In this document: in pieces, positions 59,484 through 64,000 of the stretch
Layout of the letters: every line of letters begins with the position of its first letter
Numbering within the stretch: position 1 is the stretch's first letter
NCBI GenBank assembly: GCA_963665525.1
Contig: OY762280.1
Location: 2,241,451-2,305,450, forward strand
Direction: 5' to 3'
Source of the DNA: Bacteroidales bacterium
GTDB taxonomy: Bacteria; Bacteroidota; Bacteroidia; Bacteroidales; UBA12077
Length of the DNA stretch: 64,000 bases
Program-made: the position numbers and the translations under genes
Notes under the pieces: model-generated
What the model saw: only the letters and a program-made list of their open reading frames with translations
What the model was told of the DNA's origin: nothing
Database searches by the model: none

Positions 59484-60611
59484 ATGAAAAAATATCTTTT
59501 CATATTCATTATAAGCACACTAATTTATTCATGTATGGAAGATGATGAACTTACCGAGTTTAATAAGCTTGAAGTAAAACAAGATTCATCGCTTACCGAT
59601 TATATCAGAAATCAACGGGGTGTTTTTATTACCAACGAAGGCAATTTCATGTACGATAATGCTTCTCTCTCCTATTACATGATTGATTCGATGAAAAACC
59701 TGAATAATGTATTTTTCAGAACAAATGCTGTACCATTGGGAGATGTTGCCCAATCTATGACTATTAGGGACTCTTTAGGTTATATAGTGGTCAATAATTC
59801 CGGGAAAGTATATGTAATTAATATTCACACATTTGATTATGTGGGTAAAATTACCGGATTAACCTCTCCCCGATATATTCATTTTATCAACGATCAGAAA
59901 GCATATGTCACTGATCTTTATGCAAAATCAATTGCTATCGTAAATCCGCAAACATTTCAAATTACTGGTTCTATAGACGTTAATAATCATTCCACTGAAT
60001 TTTACCAACACCCTACCGAGCAAATGGTACAATACGATAAATATGTATTTACCAATTGTTGGTCGTATGATAATCAAATTTTGGTTATCGACACAGAAAC
60101 AGACCAAGTAGTTGATTCCATTAAAGTACTTAAACAACCCACTTCGCTGGTTCTTGATAAATACAATAAAATATGGACAGTAACCGACGGTGGTTATTAT
60201 GGCAGTCCTTATGGACACGAAGCTCCCGGACTAATCTGTATTGATGCAGTAACACGTAAAGTAGAGAAAATTTTCAGATTTGAATTGGGCGATTGGCCAT
60301 CTGAAGTATGCTTAAATGGTACTAAGGATACACTTTATTTTATTAACCGTCATATATTCCGATTACCGGTTACTGCTTCCATATTTCCCAATGATCCTTT
60401 TATTGAAAGTCATTATGAAGGAAACTATTCCGGTGGATATTATGGATTAACTGTTGATCCGGTAAGTTCCGAGATTTATGTAGCTGATGCCATAGATTAT
60501 GTCCAACAAGGTGTAACATTCCGTTACTCACCTCAAGGTGAACCGATAGATACCTTTAAGGTAGGTATTATTCCTGGTGCATTTTGCTTTAAACCAAGCA
60601 ATAAAAAATAA
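59484..60611 (+). CDS. Surface lipoprotein, BtuG-like / YncE-like beta-propeller
   Basis: The protein is 375 aa with lipobox LIYSCMEDD. The motif [19 protein letters not shown] and repeated blade-like segments ([17 protein letters not shown]..., IWTVTDGG..., IYVADAIDY) are present. It sits directly after the BtuB-like receptor, as btuG does in Bacteroides. Confidence 0.7.
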   Translation: MKKYLFIFIISTLIYSCMEDDELTEFNKLEVKQDSSLTDYIRNQRGVFITNEGNFMYDNASLSYYMIDSMKNLNNVFFRTNAVPLGDVAQSMTIRDSLGYIVVNNSGKVYVINIHTFDYVGKITGLTSPRYIHFINDQKAYVTDLYAKSIAIVNPQTFQITGSIDVNNHSTEFYQHPTEQMVQYDKYVFTNCWSYDNQILVIDTETDQVVDSIKVLKQPTSLVLDKYNKIWTVTDGGYYGSPYGHEAPGLICIDAVTRKVEKIFRFELGDWPSEVCLNGTKDTLYFINRHIFRLPVTASIFPNDPFIESHYEGNYSGGYYGLTVDPVSSEIYVADAIDYVQQGVTFRYSPQGEPIDTFKVGIIPGAFCFKPSNKK

Positions 60612-60653
60612 TTATATCAAATAACCTATTCAAAAATTAAATTTAATTAAACA

Positions 60654-63600
60654 ATGAAAAAACCAATTACACTCATTTTATTGAGCTTATTCTCGTTGTG
60701 GCTATATGCCGAGAACGAAAAAAATCCATCGAAAGCAGTTTCTGCTTTTCCATGGGTAGAAAGCTTTGAAGAAGCCACCTTCCCTCCTGAAGGCTGGACA
60801 ACAGAAACAGAAGATGCCAGCGGTGATGGCTGGGAACAAAACAATGGATCAACATACGGTCCAGGTAATGTTCCTGATGGCACATATGCTGCAATGGCTG
60901 ATGTTTACAATATTTCCAAAGATCTAACAGCTAAACTTAAAACACCTGTGTTGCAATTAGGAAGTTTATCAAGTCCTAAACTTAAGCTTTTATGGCAGTG
61001 TACCGATGGTTATAGTCAAGATCCTGTTTTTGTAATTAAAATGTCAACAGATAATGGAGTCAGTTATAATGAAATATATAATCAGACTGCTGATGGATTT
61101 GCCAATGACTGGGTTGAAATTGACATAGAACTAACAGGAGCCACTGATGAAACAATACTTTCTTTTGAAGTTATTAGCGATTATGGCAGTAAAAATTTAT
61201 TTATTGACAATGTAAAAGTTTATGAGCCAGCTCCTATGCAGTTTGTTTCTGCAGAATCATTTCAAAATAATTCAAATGTTATTTCCATAGGTAGCACGAA
61301 CAATGATATTGTTGGTATTAATGTTAAAACTCAAGGTGCTTTAAATAAACTATCCATAAGTGATTTTAACTTTAGTTTTGATGGTACAACAGATTTAAAC
61401 GATATTACCAGGGCTCAACTATTCTATACTGGAAGCTCGAATTCCTTTTCTACATCAACAGCTTTAGTAGAAACAAGCACCATTCAAAATACCATTACCT
61501 TAAATGGGAACACCGAACTGGCAGAAGGGAACAATTATTTTTGGCTGGCGCTAGACATTAGCCCCAGTGCATTATTAGATAATGTAGTCGATGCCAGCTA
61601 TTCGCAAATTACGATTGGAACAGATAATCATGCAGTTTCTGCTCCAAACCCTGATGCAAACAGGCAGCTTAAGAAAATACTGAACATGCCCTCAGGAACA
61701 AATACGGTTACCGTTAACGAAAATCTTGTTTTTTACGATGATGGTGGTGAACTGGAAAAATATTCTGAAGGATTTGAAGGTACTATTACATTTGTTCCTA
61801 ACACCAGTGGCAAAGCCATTAAAATTGAATGGGATAATTTCGAGATCTTTAATACTTCAAGTACTGGTAACAATGATATTTTTAAAATTTACCAGGGATC
61901 AACCACTGATGAAGCCCATTTAATTGACACTTATTCAGAAATGCCTCCTAGTATTTATTCTATGGATGCCAACGGTACAATCACGATTTATTTTAAAGTA
62001 AACACAGGAGTTCCAAAAGAAGGATGGCAGGCTCTGGTTTCTGAATTTACTCCGTCTAACATGAGTTATGTTGAATCAAATATATTACAGGAAGTCACTA
62101 ATGTTGTTTCTGCCTCTGAAACTGATGCTCAAATGCTAAAAATCGAGATAGAAACTGTAAATACACTTAATCCTTTATCTACAGGAGATTTTGTCTTCAA
62201 CACATCCGGTTCTTCCGATGCAGGGGATATTGCTAAAGCTAAATTATATTATACAGCCAACAAAGATGTATTTAGTACTGCAAATTTTGCTGGTGAACAA
62301 AACTCACCAAATGGAGAATTTACTATTACCACAAATCAAGAGTTAAAAGTAGGTAAAAATTATTTTTGGTTGGTTTACGATCTAACGGATATGGCAATCC
62401 ATGATAATGTTGTAGATGCTTCATGTACTTCAGTGAATGTTGGAGGAACAAGTCAGGTTCCTACAACAACATCACCTGACGGTAATAGGAACATCGATAA
62501 TACTTATAGGATGCCTACATCGGGTACACCCACAAAAACTATTGCTCAGGAAATTCCTTTTACCGACGACAACGAAGGATATGGAGGTAAATACTCCTAC
62601 GGTGCTAATTCGACCGTTACTTTTGTTCCGGCAAACAGCAACGAAAAAATAAAAGTTGATTTTTCTTCTTTTGATATATACTACTCAAGCTCAAGTTATG
62701 GTACAAAGGCTGTCTTTAAAATATTCAATGGAAATAGTACAGCATCTGCCGATTTATTATGGGAAGCCGATGAAACAAACTGTTCTGAAGGACCAGGTTA
62801 CATTGTTACATCAACCGTTGATAATGGTGCACTTACTATTCAGTTCGTTGGTAACACTTATACATCTACTTATACTAAAGCAGGATGGGAAGCAACATTA
62901 TGGAGTGAATTACCAAAAGACATGGAATTCAAATCAGCAGAAGTTACTCAACAATCAGGTGTTGTAAAACCGGGATCAATCGATCATCAACTACTGTCTA
63001 TTAACCTGAAAACCTCCGGAACATTAAATCCTGTAAATAATACCATATTTACTTTTAACACGAATGGAACAACTCAAGCTATTGATTTAAGTGCAGCCCG
63101 ATTATACTTCACCGGTAAAAACAACGCTTTTTCTACAACCACTCCGGTAGGCACAGAAGTTTCAGCTCCTGAAAATGACTTTAGTTTTACATGTACTAAT
63201 TCTCTTGAAGAAGGTAATAATTACTTCTGGTTGGTTTACGACATCTCATCGGGAGCTACTATAGACAATACCGTTGATGCTGAACTTAATAAAGTTCAAT
63301 TAATGGATTCGGAGCATATTATTAATAATGGCGCACCTGCAGGAAACAGTATCATTAAGAATATTTACAATCTTGAATCTGGGACAAATACGGTATATAT
63401 CAACGAAACACCATTGCAATTTTTCGATGATGGTGGTCAAACCAATAAATACTCCAAAGATTTTAACGGAACGGTATCTTTCATCCCTGAAGATAATACT
63501 CAAAAGGCTCGTTTAAGCATAAGCAGTCTTCAATTCTATAGCATGGACAAAATTTCGGTTTATAATGGTACTGGAACAGAAGATGAGAATTTGATTCGTG

Positions 63601-64000
63601 AAATAGATGGTGATGAGAACATAACAAATTCTGACGAGCCATATGTATTTAAATCTACTGCCGATAATGGCGAGTTAACAGTAGTATTTAAAAGTTACTC
63701 TTGGTCGACACCTAAAGATGGATGGGAAGCTACTGTTCAAAGCTTTATACCACAGCCAATTTTTTATAAAGATGCAGCGGTTGATCAAGCCAATTCCAAG
63801 GCGGTAATTAAAAATGAGAGAAATGCTGAAATTCTTCAGGTAAAACTAAATTTTGGAGGAGAAACAACTCCTGCGAATATTACAAACTTTAAGTTTAATA
63901 CCAGCTTAAGTTCTGCAAATAGCGATATTGCTAATGCAAAACTATATTACTCTGATGAAATTAATACTCTTAATGTTGTAGGTAATGAGCTGATAGGAGA
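60654..64000 (+). CDS. Very large modular secreted protein, N-terminal >1100 aa (runs off right edge)
   Basis: My own translation from ATG 60654 gives MKKPITLILLSLFSLWLYAENE... with no stop to position 64000. That is why it is missing from the ORF track. The N-terminal FPWVESFEEATFPPEGWTTE...FIDNVKVY resembles the cleaved-adhesin/choice-of-anchor-J type. At least 3 repeats of a two-domain unit follow (...G.NYFWLVYD......DN.VDA... then a CUB-like ...F.DDGG....YS..F.GT..F.P........GW.A). Confidence 0.8.
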   Translation, partial: MKKPITLILLSLFSLWLYAENEKNPSKAVSAFPWVESFEEATFPPEGWTTETEDASGDGWEQNNGSTYGPGNVPDGTYAAMADVYNISKDLTAKLKTPVLQLGSLSSPKLKLLWQCTDGYSQDPVFVIKMSTDNGVSYNEIYNQTADGFANDWVEIDIELTGATDETILSFEVISDYGSKNLFIDNVKVYEPAPMQFVSAESFQNNSNVISIGSTNNDIVGINVKTQGALNKLSISDFNFSFDGTTDLNDITRAQLFYTGSSNSFSTSTALVETSTIQNTITLNGNTELAEGNNYFWLALDISPSALLDNVVDASYSQITIGTDNHAVSAPNPDANRQLKKILNMPSGTNTVTVNENLVFYDDGGELEKYSEGFEGTITFVPNTSGKAIKIEWDNFEIFNTSSTGNNDIFKIYQGSTTDEAHLIDTYSEMPPSIYSMDANGTITIYFKVNTGVPKEGWQALVSEFTPSNMSYVESNILQEVTNVVSASETDAQMLKIEIETVNTLNPLSTGDFVFNTSGSSDAGDIAKAKLYYTANKDVFSTANFAGEQNSPNGEFTITTNQELKVGKNYFWLVYDLTDMAIHDNVVDASCTSVNVGGTSQVPTTTSPDGNRNIDNTYRMPTSGTPTKTIAQEIPFTDDNEGYGGKYSYGANSTVTFVPANSNEKIKVDFSSFDIYYSSSSYGTKAVFKIFNGNSTASADLLWEADETNCSEGPGYIVTSTVDNGALTIQFVGNTYTSTYTKAGWEATLWSELPKDMEFKSAEVTQQSGVVKPGSIDHQLLSINLKTSGTLNPVNNTIFTFNTNGTTQAIDLSAARLYFTGKNNAFSTTTPVGTEVSAPENDFSFTCTNSLEEGNNYFWLVYDISSGATIDNTVDAELNKVQLMDSEHIINNGAPAGNSIIKNIYNLESGTNTVYINETPLQFFDDGGQTNKYSKDFNGTVSFIPEDNTQKARLSISSLQFYSMDKISVYNGTGTEDENLIREIDGDENITNSDEPYVFKSTADNGELTVVFKSYSWSTPKDGWEATVQSFIPQPIFYKDAAVDQANSKAVIKNERNAEILQVKLNFGGETTPANITNFKFNTSLSSANSDIANAKLYYSDEINTLNVVGNELIG

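Noticed and set aside
60647-63516. Short track ORFs 60647..60883(-), 60673..60894(-), 61726..61923(+), 62437..62652(+), 62656..62967(+), 63300..63503(-), 63328..63516(+)
   Set aside because: All lie within the long uninterrupted frame starting at 60654, in other frames or on the other strand. The long frame encodes repeated, recognisable domains, whereas these do not.

Overview
The window is an AT-rich chromosomal segment with clear Bacteroidota hallmarks: SusC/SusD pairs, T9SS C-terminal sorting domains, a short sigma-70 and the DUF4835-coaBC-rpoZ-bamD synteny. The layout falls into five blocks.

- **1-13.2 kb:** two tandem, paralogous SusC/SusD loci on the minus strand. Each is followed by Calx-beta-type or unknown lipoproteins. 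No enzyme or regulator genes are present.
- **13.4-28.5 kb:** housekeeping genes, namely ftcD, hutI, a YfcC-type transporter, an Omp85-like barrel, fabI, recN, DUF4835, coaBC, rpoZ, bamD, an alpha-oxoamine synthase, trxB and tRNA-Pro(GGG).
- **28.5-39.2 kb:** an accessory island directly downstream of tRNA-Pro. Unrelated genes are punctuated by five copies of a 117-187 bp imperfect-palindromic repeat with AAC...GTT ends. The flanks show integron-cassette logic, because the first ~20 nt of a unit pair with the ~20 nt preceding that unit's own repeat. No integrase is visible, so this is a CALIN-like attC array. It also carries an intact IS3-family element with a 3-bp target duplication and a lipoprotein gene broken at an A9 tract.
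- **39.2-48.8 kb:** core genes, namely a GNAT-nitrilase fusion, an EEP nuclease, uvrB, rpoD, htrA, dapF and an S9 peptidase.
- **48.8-64 kb:** a cobalamin riboswitch followed by a non-canonical putative corrinoid-acquisition cluster. In order it holds a small polytopic membrane protein, a 1704-aa and an 811-aa T9SS-sorted surface protein sharing an unassigned ~270-aa domain, a BtuB-like TonB-dependent receptor and a BtuG-like beta-propeller lipoprotein. The 1704-aa protein also embeds a BtuG-like propeller. A very large modular secreted protein then runs off the right edge.

The two candidates for undescribed biology are the attC-like cassette array and the riboswitch-linked T9SS cargo cluster. 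All calls come from reading the sequence and ORF translations by eye; no database search was run.
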